Part shown: piece by piece, positions 24,476 through 32,961 of the stretch | Layout of the letters: every line of letters starts with the position of its first letter | Numbering within the stretch: position 1 is the first letter of the stretch | DNA from: Methanobacteriota archaeon | GTDB lineage: Archaea; Thermoplasmatota; Poseidoniia; Poseidoniales; Thalassarchaeaceae | DNA length: 64,000 nt | Direction: 5' to 3' | NCBI GenBank assembly: GCA_018650285.1 | Contig: JABIGF010000028.1 | Span: 68,359 to 132,358, forward strand | Notes under the pieces: generated by a model | The model's database searches: none | What the model saw: the letters and a program-made list of their open reading frames with translations, nothing else | What the model was told of the DNA's origin: nothing | Position numbers and translations under genes: made by a program

Positions 24476-25339
24476 ATGCCTGAACTACCCGAAGTTGAGA
24501 CAGTCCGTAAAGGGTTGGAGAATAAGATGCTCCACGGTGTGGTGTCATCACTAGAACTGCGTCGAGAGGGGCTAAGATACCCTTTTCCTATTGGGTTCAG
24601 TGATAGTGTAGTTGGTCGTACAATAGTGTCAATTGACCGGCGAGCAAAATATCTTCTAATACGCATGAGTGATGGTTTGACTTGGATAGTCCATCTTGGG
24701 ATGACTGGTAAATTTACTCTGTATCAAAATGATAGTGAGTTAGAATCTGTAGGCGGATTTGCAAAACATGATCATGTTGTAATAAAGTTAGAATCTGGTG
24801 TGATTGCAATATACAATGACCCTCGTCGTTTTGGATTCATGGATTTGATTGATACTGATGGGGAGCAGAATCACCGCCATTTAGCCAACATCGGTTGCGA
24901 GCCTCTATCTGATGATTTTCATGCACAGGCGCTTGCCTTTGAATTAAAAGGAAAAAAAACACCAATCAAAACAGCCCTTCTAGACCAACGAATAGTGGCT
25001 GGGTTAGGGAACATCTATGTTTGTGAAATTCTTTATCGAGCAAAAATCTCCCCTAAACGTTCTGCAAAGTATGTGGCAGGGGCTAATCAGCAAGTAAGCC
25101 ATCGTTGTGAAAATATTGTGTCCCACACAAAAGATGTGTTGAGAGAAGCGATTATTGCAGGCGGTTCAACAATTTCTGATTTTGCAGCAGTTGATGGCGA
25201 CTTAGGATATTTCGCACACTCATTTAGAGTGTATGGGCGAGAGGGTGAAGTATGTCTTGGAGAAAAGTGTGAAGGTGTTGTTAAGAGAATCACGCAAGCG
25301 GGTAGATCAACTTTCTATTGTCCACAATGTCAAAAATGA
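24476..25339 (+). CDS. mutM: Formamidopyrimidine-DNA glycosylase (Fpg/MutM family)
   Basis: MPELPEVETVRKGL provides the catalytic N-terminal Pro and Glu, so the start is the ATG at 24476, not the one at 24470. The helix-two-turn-helix (H2TH) region is NIYVCEILYRAKISP. The C-terminal zinc finger is CxxC-x16-CPQC. Confidence 0.9.
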   Translation: MPELPEVETVRKGLENKMLHGVVSSLELRREGLRYPFPIGFSDSVVGRTIVSIDRRAKYLLIRMSDGLTWIVHLGMTGKFTLYQNDSELESVGGFAKHDHVVIKLESGVIAIYNDPRRFGFMDLIDTDGEQNHRHLANIGCEPLSDDFHAQALAFELKGKKTPIKTALLDQRIVAGLGNIYVCEILYRAKISPKRSAKYVAGANQQVSHRCENIVSHTKDVLREAIIAGGSTISDFAAVDGDLGYFAHSFRVYGREGEVCLGEKCEGVVKRITQAGRSTFYCPQCQK

Positions 25340-25373
25340 GCGTAATCTCTCAATTCAATAATTAATTATTGTA

Positions 25374-25397
25374 ATCACACTATGTGTGGTATTTTTT
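25374..25397 (+). terminator. Hairpin (ATCACAC-TAT-GTGTGGT) followed by a T6 run, downstream of mutM
   Basis: A 7-bp stem with one G-U pair lies at 25374-25390. TTTTTT follows at 25392-25397, 35 nt after the mutM stop. Confidence 0.45.
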
Positions 25398-25691
25398 GAA
25401 TTATGGGGCGTATTCTCCTTTTTTATTTTAAAATTAGTATGAAATTCAGCGGCCCGATATACGGGGGTCTTTGGGAAAAACATGCGTTTTTAAGGATTTA
25501 TCGCCCCCTTTCCCCCCTTATTCGGTGGCCAGTGTTGCTAGCCACACCTACTAACTTGTAGTGCATCGGCAATAATAAAAATGTTCCGAAAATGGCTTGT
25601 AAATGGCCATTAATAGCGAATCCATTATAAGTAGCCCGTAAAACACGGAATCAATCGCAAAAGAGCGATAGGAAAAAAGGAGTGAATTGAA

Positions 25692-26261
25692 ATGGATAAT
25701 AAAAGAGCAGTAACTGAATTGATAGGCAGCATGGCTGTTGTTTACTTCGCTGTAAGCGGAGGAGCAATGGCGACAGGACTTGTCCTGGCAGTCTTCATGA
25801 TAGCAATGGGTGGGACCATTTTGCCAATGTTTACCTTGGCTAAGATGGCTTCTGGACGAGACGAAATAGAGGATGGTGCATTGGACTTTGTAATGCAAAT
25901 TCTCGGTGGTGTATTGGCTTATACCTTCGTATGGTGGCAGACTTCAGCAACAGGTGATATGACCTGGTCTGGTGTCGCAGAGTTAGGACCTTTTACAGCG
26001 GTTGCATCGCTGTTTGCAGGTTTTCTAATGATGATGGTCTATGACCGTAAAGGTGCAGGTTGGGAAATCGGTATCCTTGCATGGATGGTTGCAGCAGGTG
26101 GCGCAACAATTTCTGGTGCAGGAGATGTCGGTGGAATGCTGGTTGATTCCGCATGGAATGGAGCAAATATCCTAGGTGTATTCGGTGGCATGGTCTGTGC
26201 TGCACTTGGTGCATACATCGCTATCATGTTCGGCGAGACAATACTTGGCGAAGAAGAATAA
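25692..26261 (+). CDS. Polytopic membrane protein, possibly a short MIP/aquaporin-like channel lacking NPA boxes
   Basis: AAGGAGTGA lies 6 nt upstream of the ATG. The protein has about 6 hydrophobic helices. ELIGSMAVVYFAVSGG and MQILGGVLAY resemble MIP helix-1 and helix-3 signatures, but LPMFTLA stands where NPAVT is expected. The functional call has low confidence. Confidence 0.6.
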   Translation: MDNKRAVTELIGSMAVVYFAVSGGAMATGLVLAVFMIAMGGTILPMFTLAKMASGRDEIEDGALDFVMQILGGVLAYTFVWWQTSATGDMTWSGVAELGPFTAVASLFAGFLMMMVYDRKGAGWEIGILAWMVAAGGATISGAGDVGGMLVDSAWNGANILGVFGGMVCAALGAYIAIMFGETILGEEE

Positions 26262-26300
26262 TCTTCAACAAGTAAGCCTGAATTCAAAGTAATGCGAACA

Positions 26301-26346
26301 GCCCGTTTGGGGGGGTTTACGCCTCCCCAAGCGGGCCATTTTTTTT
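26301..26346. terminator. Strong GC-rich hairpin with a T8 run between convergent genes
   Basis: GCCCGTTTGGGGGG-gtttacgc-CTCCCCAAGCGGGC (26301-26336) is followed by a TTTTTTTT run (26339-26346). It sits between the stop at 26261 (+) and the stop at 26365 (-). Confidence 0.6.
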
Positions 26347-26364
26347 GTAATAATCTCATCCTCA

Positions 26365-27117
26365 TTATGCGAATGGGTCATACTTGTCATCTGATTGAAT
26401 GTTTGAAAACTTCTCAACGATATCTTTGCTAGTAGCATTAGGGTTTGAGTCTAGATAAGGAAGGATTTGATTTGCCAAGGCTTCACTCGCTTTTATTGCG
26501 GTTTGATCTGCTTCTAGGTCGAAACTATCTAGGATTCCATCAAAGGTTGTATCCAACATTTCTGCTTCTGATACTTTGCCATCTTTGTTTTTGTCCATGT
26601 ATAGTAATGAAGCAATCGCAAATGCCCTTCCTTGGTTATTTTCTTCATAATCAGATAGGATATCAGAAATCGTAGAATCAAGTTTTTGTTCTACTTCAGC
26701 TTCATCCATGGCCATGAATTTCTTGGCGAATTTCTTTTGTAATTCATAATCCTTCTTTGTTTTCTCCTTTGTTTTTCGGAATACTAACGAGCCCTGATCT
26801 TCATACATTCCTTGGTTATGAGCCATTGTTTGTTTACCAACTGCAACAAGAACGGTATTCCCCATTAATACGTCCAATAGTCCTTTCAACATGAGTAATG
26901 ATAGAATTGCCCCAAGCCCGCAATAAGGACTGACAAAGAGGTATCCAGCTCCTGAAACGGCAAGAACTAAGACAAGCCAAATTAATGTATATACAATATT
27001 AAAAAAGAATGATTTAGGTTTATCCCCGTGTCTAAATGCAATTTTTGGGTAACGTAATTCCATCAACCGCATCTCTTCATCATAGTCCATGAGGTCAAGC
27101 GATTGAGTGTACTTCAT
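26365..27117 (-). CDS. Membrane-anchored EF-hand calcium-binding protein
   Basis: It has two N-terminal TM helices. A canonical 12-residue EF-hand loop, DKNKDGKVSEAE (aa 175-186, nt 26560-26595), sits in an acidic helical C-domain. Confidence 0.7.
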   Translation of the reverse strand: MKYTQSLDLMDYDEEMRLMELRYPKIAFRHGDKPKSFFFNIVYTLIWLVLVLAVSGAGYLFVSPYCGLGAILSLLMLKGLLDVLMGNTVLVAVGKQTMAHNQGMYEDQGSLVFRKTKEKTKKDYELQKKFAKKFMAMDEAEVEQKLDSTISDILSDYEENNQGRAFAIASLLYMDKNKDGKVSEAEMLDTTFDGILDSFDLEADQTAIKASEALANQILPYLDSNPNATSKDIVEKFSNIQSDDKYDPFA

Positions 27118-27256
27118 GATGTTTTGTATTTGTTTATAATATGGTTAGAATTGCTTGGTTGTTTGCTGAATGCCCGTATCTTGAACTTATTACTCGATGT
27201 CATAGGTCAGTATGGCCGTGTGAATACTCATAACCTATCCACATTGTCCCGATATC

Positions 27257-28741
27257 ATGGCACAACCTGGTCGTGATGCGACTGCCCCTTGGGGAGATAT
27301 TCCCTCTTCTTCGGAAACATCTGAAGTTTCTTCTTCTCCGCCCCAACCTATTGTTTTGGGTGGGGGGTCTAGCGGTCTCTCAATAAATTCACAGATGCAG
27401 GGGAACATGCCAACCCAACTAACTCCTGCGTCAGGTTCGACTTTGACTGGCCAAGTAGGTTCTATTGACTCAAGTACTTGGACAGAGCAATCAGTAAACA
27501 ATGGCAAAGGTTCGTATCTTAAGGGGATGGGAATCACCTGTCTGTTTGCATTTTTCATATTGTCTGTTCCTATGCTTACATTGGCTTTTTATGATGGGGG
27601 TGCACCTAGGCATCATGAAGAATTAATTGTCGATTGGGATGAAGCCGGTTTGAATGGTACTTTTCAGCTTGATAATGCGCCAATGGAACCCTGCACTCTA
27701 AGTATTGAAAACGATAATTCATACGATGATTACTATGGAGCAGGGGCACCAGATTTTTTCAGAGTGTATGCTCGTTGCGGAATGGATGGCGAATTAATTC
27801 AAAACAAGGTGCATACTAAAATTAAATTTAGAGAAGGCCAAGGAGAAGTGATAAGAGCGGTATTTAGCAATCTAACAGAAGAAGGAGCGATGTTTACTAT
27901 ATTCCCGCGTGAGTATGAAAATCCAAATGATTCTGTTACTTTGCATCTTCCAAGTGCTTTGCAACCTGAGATAGGCACACAAACTTTTGATGCCAATATG
28001 GCACCTTTGGTTTTCATGGTTGATACTACAAATTGGACTGAACCCTGTCCTCAAACTAATGAATTAATGATTATTGATAGTAATGGATTCACGTCATACG
28101 ATTCTTCAATAGATGATTCAAGCACATCTTGTCATTTGAACTACACTGATTACCATTATGAATACACAGTTTTTGCAGGAGTTGATGATAAAGTAAATTA
28201 TTCAGTATCATTATTTATTCCTGAAATAAATCTAGCTCTTGGCCAACAAAATTTTGATGCCAATATGACACCGTTAATTTTCCCAGTTTATACTAATGAT
28301 TGGACAACTGGTTGTGTGATGGAATTAAATGTAGAATCTACTAACCAAGGGCACGATTGGTTTTATCCAGATTATAATGAATGGAGTAGCCCTCCAATGT
28401 GTTCAGAAATGACATACTACGATCATTATCAAATCAATATTGGTTCAATAGATGCTGAAAGTGGTTTTGGAGAAATTTTTCTTACTGAACCGTTAGCAGA
28501 TGGTGGAAATTTAACTGTTAGTTATGACGAGTCTTATGATGACTTGTGGGGTGATATTATTCCGTGCTTTGGGAGTTTATTCAGCCTAGCCTTGTTTGTG
28601 TATTGGATTGTTCAGATTGTGAGAAATTTCCAAGCAGGCCAGTCAAGTACTGGTGCTGGTATGTTGATTGGGGTTATTCCCGGCATACCTCTTTCTTTGA
28701 TTTCAAACTTTGTCCTATTGTTGATGATGTTTGGTTTCTAA
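27257..28741 (+). CDS. Hypothetical surface/membrane protein with an internal duplication
   Basis: It has a low-complexity Ser/Pro N-terminus, a TM helix near aa 95-112 and C-terminal TM helices. The module G(T/Q)Q(T/N)FDANM(A/T)PL(V/I)F...(T/N)(N/D)WT..C occurs twice. No family recognised. Confidence 0.6.
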   Translation: MAQPGRDATAPWGDIPSSSETSEVSSSPPQPIVLGGGSSGLSINSQMQGNMPTQLTPASGSTLTGQVGSIDSSTWTEQSVNNGKGSYLKGMGITCLFAFFILSVPMLTLAFYDGGAPRHHEELIVDWDEAGLNGTFQLDNAPMEPCTLSIENDNSYDDYYGAGAPDFFRVYARCGMDGELIQNKVHTKIKFREGQGEVIRAVFSNLTEEGAMFTIFPREYENPNDSVTLHLPSALQPEIGTQTFDANMAPLVFMVDTTNWTEPCPQTNELMIIDSNGFTSYDSSIDDSSTSCHLNYTDYHYEYTVFAGVDDKVNYSVSLFIPEINLALGQQNFDANMTPLIFPVYTNDWTTGCVMELNVESTNQGHDWFYPDYNEWSSPPMCSEMTYYDHYQINIGSIDAESGFGEIFLTEPLADGGNLTVSYDESYDDLWGDIIPCFGSLFSLALFVYWIVQIVRNFQAGQSSTGAGMLIGVIPGIPLSLISNFVLLLMMFGF

Positions 28742-28751
28742 TGATTGCCCA

Positions 28752-29474
28752 TCAATTAATTGGCAATAAGTTCCCATCAAATTTAGTTTTAGAGGCGTGT
28801 ATTGTTGGTTCTTTTCCAGATTGGAATACAGTAGCATCGCCACCAATAAGTAAGCCAACTTCCCCATCCCAACGTAGGTATGTGCCTTCTGATAACCCCA
28901 GCACAGGAGTTTGGTTATGTTCGTGAAATTCTCGCAAGCGATCTATTCTTGTTTCACCATGGTGTGGCGTAAATGTGTCCCCATTCTTTTTCCATGTCTG
29001 ACCTGAAAAGAAGTGGGGGTTTATCTGAAAAGGAACTATGTTGAGTGTTTCAAGCGAAGGCGGGGCAACTATTGGCATGTCATTTGTGGTTTGCATGGTT
29101 GGGCCAGCAACATTTGAGCCTGCACTTACTCCCATGTAAGGCATCTCTGCCCTCACCCTTTTTCGAATTGATTCAATTAATCCATTATTGTGCAAATCTC
29201 TGGTGAGAAGAAATGTGTTGCCGCCACCAACATAGATGCCTTGAGCCTCTTCAACCGCTTTGATAGGGTCGCTTGATTGGTGAATTCCAACTAGTTTAAT
29301 TCCTGATTGAGCACTAAAATTTTGCATTCGTTCGAGGTAGTAATCGTGGTCAGCACCAGCGTATGGAATAAAGAGAACTTCATCAACGCCTTGGAAATGG
29401 TTTGCCGTTTCGTCATGATAGAGTTTCACTTGTTCTTCAGTTCTAATGCCGCCACTGCCAAGTAGAACTCGCAT
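28752..29474 (-). CDS. pepE: Peptidase E-like (family S51 alpha-aspartyl dipeptidase)
   Basis: VGGGNTFLL and the nucleophile motif YMGVSAGS are typical of S51. The size of about 240 aa also fits. Confidence 0.75.
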   Translation of the reverse strand: MRVLLGSGGIRTEEQVKLYHDETANHFQGVDEVLFIPYAGADHDYYLERMQNFSAQSGIKLVGIHQSSDPIKAVEEAQGIYVGGGNTFLLTRDLHNNGLIESIRKRVRAEMPYMGVSAGSNVAGPTMQTTNDMPIVAPPSLETLNIVPFQINPHFFSGQTWKKNGDTFTPHHGETRIDRLREFHEHNQTPVLGLSEGTYLRWDGEVGLLIGGDATVFQSGKEPTIHASKTKFDGNLLPIN

Positions 29475-29485
29475 ACCAATTCATC

Positions 29486-32400
29486 TCACATGTTACGACG
29501 GTATTGGCCACCTACTTCAAAGAGAGATTCTGTTATTTGACCTAGACTCGCTACTTTGACAGTCTCCATCAATTCTTCAAAGACATTCCCGCCATTACGG
29601 GCAACTTGTTGAAGGCGCTCAAGTGCTTTTGGTGCCTCGTCAGCGTGTTGATTATGGAATTCTTCTAGTCGGCTGAGACAACCTTGTTTTTCTTCGGTAG
29701 TAGCCCTGCTTAACTTCATGTCAAAAGAGTCGGCCGCCGATTCATCAAATGCATCAGCATCAGGATTTTCAAACATATTGACGCCTACAATTGGCAATTC
29801 ACCCGAGTGCTTCAATTCCTCATAATACATTGATTCATCTTGGATTTTTGAGCGTTGATACATCATTTCCATGCTTCCTAGAACGCCACCACGCTCGCTA
29901 ATTCGTTCAAATTCGCGTAGCACAGCCTCCTCAACTAAATCAGTTAATTCTTCAACAAAGTGTGAACCTTGAAGAGGATTCTCACATTTATTCCAACCAA
30001 ATTCTTTGTTGTTTATCATCTGTATCGCCAATGCACGGCGTACTGATTCAGTTGTTGGCGTAGTTACAGCCTCATCGTATGCATTGGTGTGCAGAGAATT
30101 GGCATTGTCTTGGACTGCGAGTAGTGCCTGTAAGGTAGTTCGGATATCGTTGAATGACATCTCTTGTGCGTGGAGAGAGCGGCCAGAAGTTTGGATGTGC
30201 ATTTTGCATTTTTGGGCTCTTTCATTTCCCCCATACAAGTCGCGCATTGCAATCGCCCAGATTCTTCTTGCGACTCGTGAAATAACTGTGTATTCAGGGT
30301 CCATGCCATTAGAGAAGAAGAATGAGAGGTTAGGTGCAAACGCGTTGACATCCATTCCGCGGGAGCGGTAGTATTCAACATAAGTCAAACCATTTGCGAG
30401 GGTGAAAGCTAGTTGTGAAATTGGATTTGCACCCGCTTCAGCAATGTGATAACCAGATATTGAAACGGAGTAGTGATTTCTGACATTGTTATCAATGTAA
30501 AATTGCTGTACATCTCCCATTAATTTGAGACTGAAGTCTGTTGAAAAGATACAGGTATTCTGTGCTTGGTCTTCCTTTAGGATGTCTGCTTGAACTGTTC
30601 CTCGCACACTTGAGAGTGTGTTTGTTCGGATTTCAGCAACTTCATCTGAACTAGGTTCGCGACCATTTTCTACCAAGAATTTTGCTTCTTGCTGTCGAAT
30701 TGCAGCATTGAAGAACATTGCTAATACAATTGGTGCAGGTCCATTAATTGTCATTGAAACGCTGGTATTTTTATCACACAGATCAAATCCTTCATACAAT
30801 TTTGATATTTCATCAACAGTAAAAATTGAAACTCCAGATTCACCAACTTTCCCATATACATCCGGTTCTTCATCAGGATTCCGGCCATAGAGTGTGACAG
30901 AATCAAAAGCAGTAGAAAGTCGTGCATATGGTGATGATTCACTCAAAAGGTGGAAGCGGGCATTCGTTCTGCTTGCAGGCCCCTCTCCAGCAAACATCCT
31001 TGTTGGGTCTTCATCAGCCCGTTTGAATGGGAATACGCCACCAGTAAAGGGGAAACTTCCAGGGATGTTTTCTTTGCGTAACCAGTTCAATAGTGTACCC
31101 TTGTCTTCTGTTCTAGGGAGAGCAACACGAGGGATTAGTGAGCCGGATAGTGATTCGGTTTTGGTAGGCACTGAGAAATTTTTGTCCCTCACTTGGTAGG
31201 TGAATTCTCCACTATCGTACATCTTTACGATGTCAGGCCAATCACTTAGAAGTTGGCTGGCGGAAGGATGTAGGTCTTCAAGAACTTCAGTCGCTTCATG
31301 GCGTAGTTCAATTGCTGCATCTTGTTTTCCAATCGCTTCAAGGTGAATTGCTGCTTCTGCTAATTGTTGCGCCAATCTTGCTTTTTGTACTTCACCATAA
31401 GTGCGCTCGTGATAACTACGAACACTTGCAGATACTTCTGCGAGATAGTTGACTCTCTCTGGCGGAATGATATGTCTTGGTTCAGGCATTCCAGATGGCG
31501 GGAGTTGGGGTGGTGAAGAGAGGGGTGTAGTCCCATCTGCTAATGTGAGAATTGATGCTAATCGATGCCAAAGATCGTCAACACCAGGGTCTGAGAATTG
31601 GCTAGCAATTGTCCCACAAACGGGTAATTCAGCATCATTTACAGCAAACAAATTACGGTTTCTGCGAACTTGTTTTCTGACTGCTTTGAGAGCGTCAATT
31701 GCACCACGGCGCTCAAACTTGTTGATGACTACGAGGTCAGCCACATCAAGCATCTCGATTTTTTCTAGTTGAGTGTGGGCTCCATATTCTGCTGTCATTA
31801 CATAGAATGTATGGTCAACAAGATTTGTGATGGCATCATCTGCTTGTCCGATGCCGCTAGTTTCTGCAAATATCAAATCAAATCCAACTGCTTGGCAGAC
31901 TGCAATGGCTTCTTCTAATCGGTCACTGACCTCTTTTCCTGAGCCTCGACTTGCTAGACTGCGCATGTAGAAGTTTGGATGTGAGAGGGCGTTCATACGA
32001 ATTCTATCCCCTAGTAGAGCACCTCCTGTTCGTTTGCGAGTTGGGTCTGTACAAAGGAAAGCGACATTCAGTTCGGGTGAATCTCGAATTATTCGTAGCA
32101 TCAACTCATCAAGTAGGGATGATTTTCCTGCGCCACCAGTTCCTGTAATGCCTATAACTGGTGCTTTTTTGTTTTTAGGGGAGGAACGACATCGTTCTAA
32201 TGCAGTTTCAAATTCTTCTGCTTTACCATTTTCTGCAAGGGTGATTAGGCGGGCAATTGCCCCTTTGTCATTTGGTGTTAATGGGTTGAAAAGCGCACCA
32301 AGTTTCCCCCCTCCAAGAAGGTCCAAATCAATTGTTTGCTCCATTAAATGGTCAATCATGCCGACTAGTCCGAGTGTTCTCCCATCATCTGGCGAGTAGA

Positions 32401-32791
32401 TTTTCGTGATACCCGCTTCATGTAAGTCACGTATTTCAACAGGTGTAATAGTGCCCCCTCCGCCACCAAAAATTTTGACATAATCTCGGCCAGCATCATC
32501 TAGAAGTTGGCGTATGTATGTGAAATATTCCACATGTCCTCCTTGGTATGATGAAAGGGCAACAGCGTGCGCATCTTCTTGGATGATAGCATTGACAACA
32601 TCCTGTGCTGAGCGGTCGTGGCCCAAGTGAATGACTTCTGCACCGGCTGCTTGAATTAGTCGACGCATGACATTAATTGCAGCATCATGGCCATCAAAAA
32701 GTGAAGCGGCTGTAACAACTCTGCGGGGTGTGGAATCAACGGGGTTAGAGTCAGAATCAGCTTGAGTTGGCTTATCGGCGTCTCCCCCCAT
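29486..32791 (-). CDS. icmF: Fused isobutyryl-CoA mutase (IcmF): B12-binding domain, MeaB-like GTPase and acyl-CoA mutase barrel
   Basis: The N-terminal cobalamin motif is SLFDGHDAAINVMRR. The G-protein P-loop is GITGTGGAGKSSL, with INKFE (NKxD-like). A C-terminal methylmalonyl-CoA-mutase-type barrel of about 550 aa follows. The total of 1101 aa matches the IcmF architecture. Confidence 0.9.
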   Translation of the reverse strand: MGGDADKPTQADSDSNPVDSTPRRVVTAASLFDGHDAAINVMRRLIQAAGAEVIHLGHDRSAQDVVNAIIQEDAHAVALSSYQGGHVEYFTYIRQLLDDAGRDYVKIFGGGGGTITPVEIRDLHEAGITKIYSPDDGRTLGLVGMIDHLMEQTIDLDLLGGGKLGALFNPLTPNDKGAIARLITLAENGKAEEFETALERCRSSPKNKKAPVIGITGTGGAGKSSLLDELMLRIIRDSPELNVAFLCTDPTRKRTGGALLGDRIRMNALSHPNFYMRSLASRGSGKEVSDRLEEAIAVCQAVGFDLIFAETSGIGQADDAITNLVDHTFYVMTAEYGAHTQLEKIEMLDVADLVVINKFERRGAIDALKAVRKQVRRNRNLFAVNDAELPVCGTIASQFSDPGVDDLWHRLASILTLADGTTPLSSPPQLPPSGMPEPRHIIPPERVNYLAEVSASVRSYHERTYGEVQKARLAQQLAEAAIHLEAIGKQDAAIELRHEATEVLEDLHPSASQLLSDWPDIVKMYDSGEFTYQVRDKNFSVPTKTESLSGSLIPRVALPRTEDKGTLLNWLRKENIPGSFPFTGGVFPFKRADEDPTRMFAGEGPASRTNARFHLLSESSPYARLSTAFDSVTLYGRNPDEEPDVYGKVGESGVSIFTVDEISKLYEGFDLCDKNTSVSMTINGPAPIVLAMFFNAAIRQQEAKFLVENGREPSSDEVAEIRTNTLSSVRGTVQADILKEDQAQNTCIFSTDFSLKLMGDVQQFYIDNNVRNHYSVSISGYHIAEAGANPISQLAFTLANGLTYVEYYRSRGMDVNAFAPNLSFFFSNGMDPEYTVISRVARRIWAIAMRDLYGGNERAQKCKMHIQTSGRSLHAQEMSFNDIRTTLQALLAVQDNANSLHTNAYDEAVTTPTTESVRRALAIQMINNKEFGWNKCENPLQGSHFVEELTDLVEEAVLREFERISERGGVLGSMEMMYQRSKIQDESMYYEELKHSGELPIVGVNMFENPDADAFDESAADSFDMKLSRATTEEKQGCLSRLEEFHNQHADEAPKALERLQQVARNGGNVFEELMETVKVASLGQITESLFEVGGQYRRNM

Positions 32792-32961
32792 ATTCTATCC
32801 GATTCCGACCATACTCATCATATCTACTACTTGGCGGCCTACGGCCGCCAGTATTTATTCAGAATTGTATGAACCCGATAATTGAGACAATGATACACTT
32901 TCAAGCTATGTGCCTCTTATCCGAACGGGATTGAAATAATTACCCACCTAGGGCGGAATAA

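Noticed and set aside
25403-25898. A 52-aa plus-strand ORF (25403-25559) and a 115-aa minus-strand ORF (25551-25898) in or near the long mutM spacer
   Set aside because: Neither has an SD or family motif. Their composition is odd (Cys/His/Ser/Tyr-rich or Phe/Leu/Pro runs). The minus-strand ORF overlaps the well-supported SD and start of the 25692 membrane-protein gene.
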